Origin: an uncultured cyanobacterium
Lineage (GTDB): Bacteria; Cyanobacteriota; Cyanobacteriia; PCC-6307; Cyanobiaceae
Direction of reading: 5' to 3'
Assembly (NCBI GenBank): GCA_913047395.1
Contig: CAJWUF010000001.1
Coordinates: 18,767-82,766, forward strand
DNA: 64,000 nucleotides
The position numbers and the translations under genes are program-made. Under the pieces are notes generated by a model, which was not told the DNA's origin, made no database searches, and worked only from the letters and a program-made list of their open reading frames with translations. Shown here piece by piece: positions 23,035-33,202 of the stretch (position 1 is its first letter; every line of letters starts with the position of its first letter).

Positions 23035-23177
23035 TCGCAGTTTCCTGCTCCAGACACAAGCTGAATGCTCTTGGCTACTGCTCTAAACGTCATAGATTTA
23101 AGCCACTAGCTCGCCAATAAGCTTCAGATGGTTAGCTGAGATTAGTTGAAATAACAGGAAAACAGACCTCCGCGCAG

Positions 23178-23200
23178 AAAAAAGCCCCGGCAAGCGGGGC
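23178..23200 (-). terminator. intrinsic terminator of DUF4278 gene copy 1
   Basis: GCCCCG-CTTGC-CGGGGC followed by T6 on the minus strand. Confidence 0.85.
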
Positions 23201-23239
23201 AATGTGAAAGTGCTATCTCGGGAGTTGCCTTCTGACGAT

Positions 23240-23407
23240 TCACTTTTGGTATTCGTGTCCGCGGTAGGTCAAAACAGGGTGAGCAGGAGTTGCTTGTTGC
23301 TTTTTGGTTGCGTAGACACTGCGTCGGTAAGTCAACTCAACGTATTGGCTCGGAGCAGCTTCCTTGTGCTGTGCGTACTCTTTACCGCGATAGAGAAGTG
23401 TGGTCAT
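23240..23407 (-). CDS. DUF4278-type small protein (YRG repeats), 55 aa
   Basis: manual translation MTTLLYRGKEYAQHKEAAPSQYVELTYRRSVYATKKQQATPAHPVLTYRGHEYQK*; directly downstream of a Downstream-peptide RNA. Confidence 0.85.
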   Translation of the reverse strand: MTTLLYRGKEYAQHKEAAPSQYVELTYRRSVYATKKQQATPAHPVLTYRGHEYQK

Positions 23408-23427
23408 GATTCAGAGTCCGAATGGAT

Positions 23428-23487
23428 GTCCAAGTCCCCGTTCCATGGCTTGGCTCGAACTGCGTCCTGCGAGATGCAGGGTGAACG
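23428..23487 (-). ncRNA. Downstream-peptide RNA motif (glutamine-II riboswitch), copy 1
   Basis: minus strand CGTTCACC-stem-CGCAGTTCGAGCCAAGCCATGGAACGGGGACTTGG matches the motif; CGTTC/GAACG pairing. Confidence 0.85.
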
Positions 23488-23491
23488 TTTT

Positions 23492-23505
23492 GTAGCGGTT
23501 GCTAC
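23492..23505. promoter_or_regulatory. NtcA-type site GTA-N8-TAC overlapping the putative transcription start
   Basis: GTAGCGGTTGCTAC; CATAAT -10-like hexamer at 23512-23517 on the minus strand. Confidence 0.75.
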
Positions 23506-23889
23506 TGAATCATTATGCACACAGGCATTGTGCGCGTGTAGTTCAACCGGATACAAAACCCAAGCATCAGCATGGGCAGTACTCCTAAAAGAAGATGCAG
23601 GCCATAGAGAGGCCAGCTATTGCTACAAAGCACGATGAATTCCTTGATGAGCGGCCATTTGACAGACCTCCCGAGTTACGTCCCACAACCGCAATAAATG
23701 GTTGCAAACTTTTTAGATGAGCGGAATTCTGCTTATCGCATAAGCCTCAGGCAGATTTGGCTCAAAACTCATTCTCGCGTAGATAGCAGCAGCCATTATC
23801 AAGTAATTAAAAAACCTGCCTAGATGTACAAAAAAACTAGAAGCCAAAGAGAAGAAGCATAGAAGGTAAATATACTCAAGCAACTCGTA

Positions 23890-24090
23890 TTAAGGCGACC
23901 ATGATTTGCCTAGCGGCATGTTCGAGATTTCTGCGATCAAAATGCGATTTAACATAGATTCCAGTGAGTTGAAAACCGGATCTTCCTCAATAAAAAATCC
24001 CCTTGAGTTCCGGACCCAGGGGATTGGACGTCGTCCATTGACAATTTCGCATCTGGGGAGGGAAGCAGCTGTGATCAAGGCAGCAACCAT
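23890..24090 (-). CDS. hypothetical small protein
   Basis: 66-aa ATG ORF in a GC-richer patch; no family recognised. Confidence 0.35.
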   Translation of the reverse strand: MVAALITAASLPRCEIVNGRRPIPWVRNSRGFFIEEDPVFNSLESMLNRILIAEISNMPLGKSWSP

Positions 24091-24469
24091 GTGTGCCGGA
24101 TTTATCGATTTAACTGTTCACCCTTGCTGAAAGCCTTTTTGCCTATGCCGACTTAAAGAACGCCAACACTGCAACGGCGAGCATTATAGTGGGTCAACTT
24201 AAATACAAATATGAATTACTATGGATTTCAATTAAACTAATAAAGAGTTTCAGAACGGTTAATAACTAAAAAGAGAAATAGTATCTTGATCGTTAATCAT
24301 AAATCTCTAGCATGGCTAGACGCACCAAATATCTCAAGATTTAATCAGGTCAAATTATCTAGACAGTGCAATTACAATCAGTACATGGTTGAGTATGAGT
24401 AAATACCCAGGAGGGACTGCCTTTGGCTCCTGATCGGCTTCTATCCTTCGTCCACACTTTTCAAAGAAC

Positions 24470-24982
24470 ATGACCCGCGAACGTGATCCCTTCCGCATTC
24501 CCAGGGCAGGCCTTGAAGTCGCAGCGATAGCTGGCCTAGCCTCTATTGACGCAAACCTCAATGCTGGGAGCTTAAGTGGCGGTGAGTTTGTCGCTGAGTC
24601 AACACTTGGCGGTATGGCCGTCTATGCCATCTATCAAACACTTCTAAGTGGTCTAAGAACAGAAGCACTACGCAAGAGGGGGGCAATAAGCCGAGCTGTG
24701 CAAGTCCGCTTGATCGGCACCACTGTCTGGGAATCAGTCAAACAGGGTGCTGCCGTAAGCGTCTTAATGGGTTTTCTACTACTGGTCTTCCCTTGGCTGA
24801 GCGCACCACTATCGATCCTTGGATTAGTTGGAATGAGCATGGCATCGATCGAATTATTCAACGCCTTCTGGGATGGACTAGATGAACTACAACGCTCTGA
24901 ACTATTAGATGCCTCATTAGAAGCTGGGGTTAACTTACGGCGCTTCCTGAATGGCGATCAGCATCAGACTCAAATCATCTAA
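24470..24982 (+). CDS. hypothetical membrane protein
   Basis: 170-aa ORF with hydrophobic hairpin and coding-like composition. Confidence 0.75.
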   Translation: MTRERDPFRIPRAGLEVAAIAGLASIDANLNAGSLSGGEFVAESTLGGMAVYAIYQTLLSGLRTEALRKRGAISRAVQVRLIGTTVWESVKQGAAVSVLMGFLLLVFPWLSAPLSILGLVGMSMASIELFNAFWDGLDELQRSELLDASLEAGVNLRRFLNGDQHQTQII

Positions 24983-25358
24983 AGAAGTTCATTTCAATAA
25001 GTTTAAAGCGTTCTTTTGTCGAGATGAAATCATACCCAAGGTTATATTATTGATAATGGCATACAATTCGCAAGCTAAATTTGGCCAAATAAGGCAATTA
25101 ATCCTTGAATTAGTTTATATGTAACATATAAACTATGTTATTATCAGCAAAGAATAGCTTGCGGCAATCGGAAGGACTAGGCAGCCACTAATTATTATAT
25201 CCTAAGAACTTAATTAAAGGTTTAAATGGACAAGCAAGTAACCATCCGCTAGTCATATTTAGAATCATAGAAGAGAAGAATATCGCAATTCCTATGCATG
25301 TAGATTGATACTGGATTCCGCAATTAAAATAGATATAAGCGTGCATATAAGCAGCAAC

Positions 25359-26069
25359 TTAAATTTCAAGCATGCAATTAACACTTAGCTCAAATGGTAC
25401 ACAGCTATTAGATAACTGCATAAGTTGTGAGCTCAATGATGCGATATCCTCAGGTTGTGTCATGGCTTCCTTGGTTATAGATTTAACTTGTGAGGACATA
25501 TCTGTATTAACCCAGCCTGGACAAATCGCGGTAACTCTAATGCCGTGATCCCATCCTTCATTGCGCATGGTCTGACACAACCCCATCAATGCAAATTTGC
25601 TCACGCTATAGCCAGCCAAGCTCCCCTTAGAGCGCTTACCACTCATTGAAACCAAAACAACGATTCGACCCTCACCATGGCTTTCCAACTGTGGCCAAGC
25701 TGCGCGAGTAAGTCGCCATGGGCCCATCACATTGACCTGCCAAAGCTGATCAATCTCCTGTTGCTGGTTATCACTGAAAAGCAAAGGGGTACGTTGAAAT
25801 ACACCGGCACAATGAATCAAGCTATCGAAGCTGCCAAAGTGCTCAAGACTGGCTGAGACCCAAGTTTCAGCGCCATCAGATTCGCCCGTTTGATAAGGGT
25901 GTATGAAAACTCTCTCAGAACCGGCAATCGTCGGATCAAGTGAACTACCAACAAGGGCATCAGGATTACGTAAACCAAGGCTGAGACGGTGACCATCCGC
26001 GAGCATCTGCTCTGCAATTGCGCGACCAATGCCACGACTAGCTCCACTGATCAAGATGGTTCGCTTCAT
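25359..26069 (-). CDS. short-chain dehydrogenase/reductase
   Basis: SGASRGIG, YSVSK (YxxxK), ICPGWVNT. Confidence 0.92.
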   Translation of the reverse strand: MKRTILISGASRGIGRAIAEQMLADGHRLSLGLRNPDALVGSSLDPTIAGSERVFIHPYQTGESDGAETWVSASLEHFGSFDSLIHCAGVFQRTPLLFSDNQQQEIDQLWQVNVMGPWRLTRAAWPQLESHGEGRIVVLVSMSGKRSKGSLAGYSVSKFALMGLCQTMRNEGWDHGIRVTAICPGWVNTDMSSQVKSITKEAMTQPEDIASLSSQLMQLSNSCVPFELSVNCMLEI

Positions 26070-26121
26070 TCCAAAATCCCGGCAGATTCAGGAAACTTCT
26101 TCATATCAGTGCCAGTGAGAT

Positions 26122-26313
26122 TCATGACTCGGATGAATCAGAAGACCCTTTTATGAAGTCTCTCTCCACCCACACAATCAACATCCAGGCAACAGTGCAA
26201 GAGGCGGCAGGGATCCATTGCTGCTTGATGACGTCTAGAAGCGCAACTGTGCTAGCGGTGATGGCTAATGCCCGAAGTGCAAAACGTGTGAATCTAAGTT
26301 GTTTTTCGTTCAT
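26122..26313 (-). CDS. small membrane protein
   Basis: 63 aa, two hydrophobic helices, co-oriented upstream of the SDR. Confidence 0.6.
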   Translation of the reverse strand: MNEKQLRFTRFALRALAITASTVALLDVIKQQWIPAASCTVAWMLIVWVERDFIKGSSDSSES

Positions 26314-26829
26314 TTCTGCATCTTCCCCTTTAACAGGGTCGCGTTATGAGCATAATACTGGAGAAGGGGTTGGTTCTTATTAATCCGAAAGATAATCGGA
26401 TTCAGATGACTGGCCTTAAGAAGCAAGAATAAGGTATTCAACTAATTTGACAAGAGCGCAAGTGCATGAATGTATAGAGTGGAACCTAAGTAACATGTGA
26501 TCAAATATCCCGAAGGAAATTTGCTTAAGTAATCACAGCAACTTGGAGGTAAAGGGCACGATCTAGTTATAAATGTGTACTTATGGATGGAACTATCGAT
26601 AGGGGTTAGATAAGATCAGGAGATATACTTCCCTAACTTACAGGCAAGTTACTAAAAGCAATATTTAGGCCGGTTAATCATATAGCTACTAGCGATTTAA
26701 ACAATATTAGGTAATTATAATTCCAGAAGCGATCTTATCAGAGGAACAAGTTAAAGCACGGGCACAAGGTATTTGGGACTCACTACATGAAAATGATAGT
26801 CAATCAACTATTAGGAGCTCTCGATAAAC

Positions 26830-27363
26830 TCAGGACAAAGACTTAAAGCAAATAAGAGTCAACATTGCCACTGTTGGATAGAAGCCCATTGTAAAACCAA
26901 GCGCCCGTCCTGGAGCACCACGCCTATAGCCTATAAAGAAAAGGACTCGTCCAAATGTAAAAGAAGCTGCTGCTAACGGCACGACAGATAACCACGTAGA
27001 GGGCATAAGAAATGCCCAAATGGCATAGACCAAAGCTGCTAAAACTGACTGCTCGAGGGTGTTCTGCAGGAGCGATTGAAGGAGGATAGCTCGCTCAGAA
27101 CCAGGCCTTAACCCACTGCCATCAATGTCCTCTATCGAGAAGAAACGATGCTTGGCTATGCGCGCAATGGCAAAAGCAAGGCAGATAGCGATAGGACTAA
27201 GGGACTTAAATAGAACGGAGATTTTGCTCTCAAGTGAAAAGTTGGATGCGAAATTAAACGGATTAAAAAAGATTCCAAGGCATATTAGTGCTATTGAAAA
27301 TACAGCCCCTATCATCATTGCCTGGAGTACACCTCGCTGTTTAGCTGAAAATACCATTATCAA
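26830..27363 (-). CDS. MAPEG-like membrane protein
   Basis: LQNTLEQ and GRVLFFIGY motifs; four TM segments. Confidence 0.78.
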   Translation of the reverse strand: MIMVFSAKQRGVLQAMMIGAVFSIALICLGIFFNPFNFASNFSLESKISVLFKSLSPIAICLAFAIARIAKHRFFSIEDIDGSGLRPGSERAILLQSLLQNTLEQSVLAALVYAIWAFLMPSTWLSVVPLAAASFTFGRVLFFIGYRRGAPGRALGFTMGFYPTVAMLTLICFKSLS

Positions 27364-28349
27364 ACATCGAATAAAGAACCATTACAACCTACATCCATTG
27401 ATAATGTTTCTTGCCCATGCTCTTCTTTAACTGAAACTTTGCATTGTAAGCTAAAGATGAGACTGGATAAATCGATGCTCACTTTATTTTCAACCAAGAG
27501 CGCATGATCACTGCAATTCATCGCGAAACGAAGAGACACTCCTTTTTATATAAAATACAGATTCAATATTTTTGAAGATTTTAATCAGCTAGTTGAGATA
27601 TGACCCTTGGAGCTAATATTAGGAAAGAACATGCTGAAGTCAAAGGTGAATCTATCTAGCAAGCAGTGCCTAGTAGAAATGCTTATTATTTAAAATTATC
27701 TTATGAGACATGGCTAGTTTTATTATAATTATGCATTGAAAAAGAGTAGATGAGTGGTCTTATTTTGACTCTAGCTAAAATTCAAATCTTCTCTAAGCTC
27801 TTGCGTTAGCTCTTTATTACAATCATCGTTCGCCCTCTTCTCTTTATTTCCAAATTTAAGAAAAAAGGCTTGCTTTCAAGTTGCTCAGCACTAGAAGCTG
27901 TCGGCTCGTCGGGGTTATAGAAATTAAGTTCTCCCTCGTGATCAAAAGAGTTCTGCTGGCAAGACGGCGAGGTATCCGATGTCTGCACATTCTCTAAGTG
28001 AACATTTCTTGGCAGAGGCCTAGCACCAAAGCTTTGACCTTCGTTGCCAGTAGAGATGGATATAGATCTCTGCAGCCATTCACTTAGGGCAATGGCCAAA
28101 GCGATCGTATGAACTAGATGGAGTTGCAGATTGACGCACAGTGGCTGAAGCTTCAGCCAAAAGGGCCGTAGAAAAACCGGTAGGGGTCGGGGAATCGCCA
28201 GTCGAGTGCGAAGAAACCGCATCAGGCCATTAGCGACAACAATAGTCAGCTCGATTGGATGCGGTGAGGCAGGCATTACCCCTCTTGCCATTTATTAGAA
28301 TTTAGGGCTTGGCACTAGGTTCAACAGATACTTCAGCACTTAGCTCGCA

Positions 28350-28619
28350 ATGATCAGTGTTACCTCTCCTTGCCCAGAAAGCACGATTAGCGAGCTAGGC
28401 ATAAAGGAATGGCCAATCTGGAACTGCGAGCCCAGCACCTTTCCATGGACCTATGGGGAGCAGGAAACCTGCCTGCTGCTCGAGGGTGAAGTGACTGTTA
28501 CCCCTGATGGAGGAGCATCAGTGGATTTCAAGGCCGGAGATCTAGTGGTTTTCCCTGCTGGCATGTCATGCAAATGGACGATTCACAAAGCTGTTCGCAA
28601 GCACTACCGCTTTGGTTGA
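28350..28619 (+). CDS. cupin domain protein (DUF861/EutQ-like)
   Basis: WPIWNCEPSTFPWTY, ETCLLLEGEV, AGDLVVFPAG, VRKHY. Confidence 0.9.
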   Translation: MISVTSPCPESTISELGIKEWPIWNCEPSTFPWTYGEQETCLLLEGEVTVTPDGGASVDFKAGDLVVFPAGMSCKWTIHKAVRKHYRFG

Positions 28620-28833
28620 AAAAAGCTCATAGACTAATTTCTTAATTATTTATAAGCACCCCTGAATAAATAGGAAGAAACGCCAATACAGGTCACTATC
28701 GCAATAGCAACTTCACCTTCAGCTCATTCTCCTTAGCAATAGCTGCTTTAAATATACAATTTTTGGTTGACAATCAAAAATATACAACACGCCATAAAGA
28801 ATTCAAGAACTCACTTATCAGTAGCAATCAAGA

Positions 28834-29034
28834 TCACTTTCCTTGCTTAGCAATATTGAACCAGAGCCTTACAAATATCAAAGAAGAGACCCCCAGAAAG
28901 ATCACCGTTAGTATCATCCAAGTATCCATATTCAAGCCGAGAATATGGGCATTAGCCGCATCACCGGCCGTGGAATAGGCCAACAGAGAAGGGAAACTCA
29001 AAATAAAGCTAGCGGCTAAGAGCAAGTTCAGCAT
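28834..29034 (-). CDS. small membrane protein
   Basis: 66 aa, signal-like N-terminus and one TM helix; follows the gbmt genes. Confidence 0.55.
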   Translation of the reverse strand: MLNLLLAASFILSFPSLLAYSTAGDAANAHILGLNMDTWMILTVIFLGVSSLIFVRLWFNIAKQGK

Positions 29035-29100
29035 ATTGAAGGCCGCCAGTTAAAAAGTAGTTACCTGAAATACTTTTGTACACAATAATTTGAATGTTCC

Positions 29101-29928
29101 TTAGGCCTTTACGAAGCGCATAAGTCCCCAGCAAAGTCGCCCCTGAGTACCGCCATCGATCCAATGGCCTAGACCTGCATCCATACGACTCAGATAATCA
29201 GGGCTAATCACACTCGTAAGCTCCTGATGCCGTCTTTGCAGCTCCTCACGGACTCGTGTGTAGTGCCTCACAAGCATCTCTGTGCGGTCCTGCCATACCT
29301 GCCTATTCATACCTGAAGCCTCAGCCCACAGGCGGTATCTCTCGGGAGAGGCAAGATCCGAAAGGTGAATGCGATCAAGTATCGGCTGAAGAGCATCGGG
29401 CTCGATGCCATCGCATGCCATTGGATCGGTAAGTACAAATACACCTCCAGGCTTTAGAAGCCTAGAAACCTCTTGCATCACCTGGAGGCGATTTCCAGAA
29501 TGAAGAATGGCATCCTGACTCCAAACAACATCGGCTATGCCATCAGGCAGTGGAACCGCCTCAAATGAGGCGTCATGCACTTTTATTCGGCCTGCCAGTC
29601 CAGCTGCCTGGTTTAGATCACGATGGCGCATATTCTCCACAGCTGAAATATTTACAGCGTGGACATTGACCTGCCATTGCTGAGCCATCCGGCGTGAGGC
29701 TCCGCCATAACCAGAACCAAGATCTACAACGCAACCTTCGGCTGGAGCAGGGCCGGCGAGATCTATAAGCGTTTGCACGGTGCGCTCACTTGCAGAAGCA
29801 ATGGCTTGATCGGCACTCTCATAAAGCCCGATATGGATATCTTCACCTCCCCAAATCTCGGCATAAAAACGATCTGCGTCACTGCTGTCGTAATAAGTTG
29901 CGGCAACAGTTGCTGATGATGAATTCAT
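29101..29928 (-). CDS. gbmt2: sarcosine/dimethylglycine N-methyltransferase (glycine betaine synthesis)
   Basis: YYDSSDAD, WGGEDIHIGLY, DLGSGYGG, WSQDAILHS. Confidence 0.9.
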   Translation of the reverse strand: MNSSSATVAATYYDSSDADRFYAEIWGGEDIHIGLYESADQAIASASERTVQTLIDLAGPAPAEGCVVDLGSGYGGASRRMAQQWQVNVHAVNISAVENMRHRDLNQAAGLAGRIKVHDASFEAVPLPDGIADVVWSQDAILHSGNRLQVMQEVSRLLKPGGVFVLTDPMACDGIEPDALQPILDRIHLSDLASPERYRLWAEASGMNRQVWQDRTEMLVRHYTRVREELQRRHQELTSVISPDYLSRMDAGLGHWIDGGTQGRLCWGLMRFVKA

Positions 29929-29965
29929 AATTAATTAGGATTGCATTTTACTGACGTATGTAATC

Positions 29966-30814
29966 TCACATAGCTGTTTTATCAATGTCAAACTTATATT
30001 CCTTTTCAGCTACATGTACATAAAAATCTGGATCATGATGACCAGGCAAATAATCTCCAAAAGATGTGATCTTCTGGAATCCAACTTCATTCATGAGTCG
30101 GCGAACGTAGCCATGCCGCAGAGGGAACATATTCAAATGATAAGTACTGCCATCACTAAAGGCATATTGAAATCGAGCCAGTCCTTCATCAACATGCTCA
30201 GGGCTTACATTGACATCCTTACCGCAATAAACATTTCCCTTTCCAGAACGTACCGCTACACCTTGATCGAGAAGTCGATCATAGTTACGGTGATCAAGAA
30301 TCAGTAAGCCATTATGCTTAAGAACAGCATAATACTCAGCCAGAGACTTGCGTCGGTCACTCTCTCGAAAGAGATGAGTAAATGAATTACCCAGGCAGAT
30401 CACAGCATCAAATTCGCCATGAATATCTCTATTTAGGAAGCGCCAATCAGCTTGAGCAGTGCGTAATAGCTGACCATGGTCACGAGCATTCTGAAACGCC
30501 CTAGCCAACATATTAGGGCTTCCATCAGCACTGATTACGTCGAACCCTTCCTTCAACAAACTAACCGAATGAAATCCCGTACCAGTAGCAACATCAAGAA
30601 CTGATCGTGCTCCATGTTCACGAAGGATTCGAATATAGAAATCGCCTTCAGCTTCGGCCCTCGCTTTCCAATCAATCAGCCGATCCCATCGGTCGGTGAA
30701 TTCCTCAACATATTCCTGCTGGTAATGGTCTGTATCACGTACCTGCTCTGGTGCATCCCCAAAGTTTTGTAGATCGTCTTGACATGGTTTTTGCGAATGT
30801 TGTGTCAAAGTCAT
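29966..30814 (-). CDS. gbmt1: glycine/sarcosine N-methyltransferase (glycine betaine synthesis)
   Basis: WDRLIDW, DVATGTGFHS, CLGNSFTHL, DHRNYD, YHLNMFPLR. Confidence 0.92.
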   Translation of the reverse strand: MTLTQHSQKPCQDDLQNFGDAPEQVRDTDHYQQEYVEEFTDRWDRLIDWKARAEAEGDFYIRILREHGARSVLDVATGTGFHSVSLLKEGFDVISADGSPNMLARAFQNARDHGQLLRTAQADWRFLNRDIHGEFDAVICLGNSFTHLFRESDRRKSLAEYYAVLKHNGLLILDHRNYDRLLDQGVAVRSGKGNVYCGKDVNVSPEHVDEGLARFQYAFSDGSTYHLNMFPLRHGYVRRLMNEVGFQKITSFGDYLPGHHDPDFYVHVAEKEYKFDIDKTAM

Positions 30815-31139
30815 GCAGAATCAAACTTGCCGAAGATTTTCTTGATGCGCCATGTCATTGAGATCGGAAAAGCTCCGAATCAGCTAGAACGGCATTGGCC
30901 TGAACAGGGTTGCATTAAGGCTTTTGCAATCCCCAATTTCTTAGTCTAGCGAATGATTCTAGAGATGTCTGCTAATCAAAATCTAACGACATCAAATCAG
31001 TTCCCATAACGCCCAAAAAAACCTGCAAATCCCTTAAGCCATAAGCACTTTCAGCTGATGCTTCAATGTAGGCAATGCCAATGACTTCATAGCTGCCTTG
31101 GTAAAGCCTGCAACCAGTCATAGTCTCTGAACTGAGTCG

Positions 31140-32291
31140 ATGTCAGACATGACGCCCCAGATCAACATCGACAAACTCTGGAAGGTTTTTGGTGAGCATC
31201 CTGAACGTGCACTTGACGACCTTTGTCAAAGCATGGATGCCGAGGAGCTCAATGCTCGAACCGGACTCAAAGCTGCCGTACGCGATGTAACGCTGTCGAT
31301 TTCTAGCGGCGAGATTTTTGTGGTCATGGGCCTTTCGGGTTCAGGAAAGTCCACGCTGCTACGCATGATCAATGGCCTAATACTCCCAACTGCGGGTGAG
31401 GTGACCGTTGAAGGCAAGCCGATCAGTCAGCTGGCAGCTGCGGAGCTGCAAAAGCTTCGCAGTAACAAAATGGCCATGGTTTTTCAATCTTTTGCGCTCT
31501 TCCCCCAGCGAACCGCACTCGAGAATGCTGCCTTCGGCCTTGAAGTTGCGGGAGTTCCGCGACAAAAAAGGCTGGAAAAGGCCAGGGAAGCACTTGAGCG
31601 TGTTGGTCTTGGTAAGGATCTCGACAGGCTGCCTCAACAACTCTCTGGTGGCATGCAACAGAGAGTTGGCCTAGCCAGAGCACTCGCACTTGATCCTCCA
31701 ATCCTGCTCATGGATGAGGCCTTCTCTGCTCTTGATCCTCTAATTCGGCGCGAGATGCAAGAACAACTGCTGGAACTTCAGGCCGAAAGCCCCCGCACGA
31801 TCGTATTTATCTCCCATGATCTAGACGAAGCTGTAAGGCTTGGTGATCGCATCGCCCTGATGAAAGAAGGCAAAGTTCTGCAATGTGGAACACCACGTGA
31901 ACTGCTCTGCAAACCCGCCAATGAGCAAGTGCGTCATTTCTTCCAAGATGTGGATGCAGCCTCTGTGATCACGGTTGATACCGTTGCCGAATCACCCGCT
32001 TGCGTAATTAATCAAGCAGAGCTGCTGCTGCAACAAACTGACCAATACTCAAAAGCTCAGAAAATTGCCTGCATCATTGATGAAAACAATGTCTTCAAAG
32101 GTGTGCTTCAGCAGAACGGTGAAATCATCCCTGCAGAGAAAGGACCTGCTCTCACAGCTGAGACAACCATCCGCGATGCCATGGAGCTTGTAGCCAACGC
32201 CCCATATCCAATTCCAGTCATTGGATCAGATCAACGCCTCATTGGCGTGATCAGTCCACGTCGACTGTTGCGCTCGATGATCCTGAGATGA
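31140..32291 (+). CDS. proV: glycine betaine ABC transporter ATP-binding subunit
   Basis: [31 protein letters not shown]; C-terminal CBS-like region. Confidence 0.93.
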   Translation: MSDMTPQINIDKLWKVFGEHPERALDDLCQSMDAEELNARTGLKAAVRDVTLSISSGEIFVVMGLSGSGKSTLLRMINGLILPTAGEVTVEGKPISQLAAAELQKLRSNKMAMVFQSFALFPQRTALENAAFGLEVAGVPRQKRLEKAREALERVGLGKDLDRLPQQLSGGMQQRVGLARALALDPPILLMDEAFSALDPLIRREMQEQLLELQAESPRTIVFISHDLDEAVRLGDRIALMKEGKVLQCGTPRELLCKPANEQVRHFFQDVDAASVITVDTVAESPACVINQAELLLQQTDQYSKAQKIACIIDENNVFKGVLQQNGEIIPAEKGPALTAETTIRDAMELVANAPYPIPVIGSDQRLIGVISPRRLLRSMILR

Positions 32292-33202
32292 AATATGTGA
32301 TTTGCCAAGTTTTTGCAACTGTGAGCACCGGCCCTGTAGGCGAGGGCATGACCAAAACCGTGGAATGGTTGCTCAATCATGCGCAACCAGTTTTCCTAGT
32401 AATTGATCATGCAATTAATGGGCTAGCCGGAGCAATCGAACAGATCCTCACCGTGCCAGCGCCCTGGCTGCTAGCTCCCCTGATCGCCATACTCGCAGCT
32501 TGGCGAGTGAGTTTGAGCTTCGCCATTCTCAGTCTTCTTGGTCTGAACCTGGTTTTGTTCATGGGGCTCTGGCAGCCAATGATCTCAACCCTGGCCCTAG
32601 TTATTGCAGCCTCAATACTGGCACTACTAATTGGCATCCCGATCGGCATTTTTTCTGCCCGTCGCCAACACATCTGGGCTATTACCCGCCCAGTATTGGA
32701 TCTGATGCAAACCATGCCGGCATTCGTCTACCTAATCCCGGCAGTGATGTTTTTTGGCACAGGGCGTGTCCCCTCCACTATCGCAACGCTGATCTTCTCG
32801 ATGCCACCCGTAGTACGCCTGACGTACCTGGGAATACGACAAGTCCCTATCGATCTAATCGAAGCCGGGCGTGCCTTCGGCTGCTCAGAGCGACAGCTGC
32901 TCTGGAAAGTGCAACTTCCTAACGCCCTACCAACCTTGATGGCAGGTGTTAATCAAACAATCATGCTCGCTCTATCGATGGTTGTGATCGCATCAATGAT
33001 TGGTGGTGGAGGCCTAGGTGATGTGGTGCTAAGAGGCATCCAACAACTTGACGTAGGACTTGGCTTCGAGGGGGGGCTCGCCGTGGTAATCCTGGCTGTA
33101 ATCCTAGATCGACTCACACAAAGCCTGGCTGCCTCAAACTTTTCGAGAAAGTCATTGCCTCAGCGCTTTAAAGCCTTTACTAACCTCTGGACTTCCTCAT
33201 GA
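32288..33202 (+). CDS. proW: glycine betaine ABC transporter permease
   Basis: DLMQTMPAFVYLIP, EAA-like EAGRAFG loop, GVNQTIMLALSMVV. Confidence 0.93.
   Translation: MKYVICQVFATVSTGPVGEGMTKTVEWLLNHAQPVFLVIDHAINGLAGAIEQILTVPAPWLLAPLIAILAAWRVSLSFAILSLLGLNLVLFMGLWQPMISTLALVIAASILALLIGIPIGIFSARRQHIWAITRPVLDLMQTMPAFVYLIPAVMFFGTGRVPSTIATLIFSMPPVVRLTYLGIRQVPIDLIEAGRAFGCSERQLLWKVQLPNALPTLMAGVNQTIMLALSMVVIASMIGGGGLGDVVLRGIQQLDVGLGFEGGLAVVILAVILDRLTQSLAASNFSRKSLPQRFKAFTNLWTSS

Noticed and set aside
23537-23555. Second GTA...TAC upstream of riboswitch copy 1
   Set aside because: Spacer is 11 nt rather than 8, and it is not conserved in copy 2.
23204-23638. 144-aa plus-strand ORF
   Set aside because: Antisense shadow of the DUF4278 gene, riboswitch and NtcA site.
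27806-28291. 161-aa minus-strand ORF
   Set aside because: No recognisable motif and atypical composition; cannot be supported as a gene.
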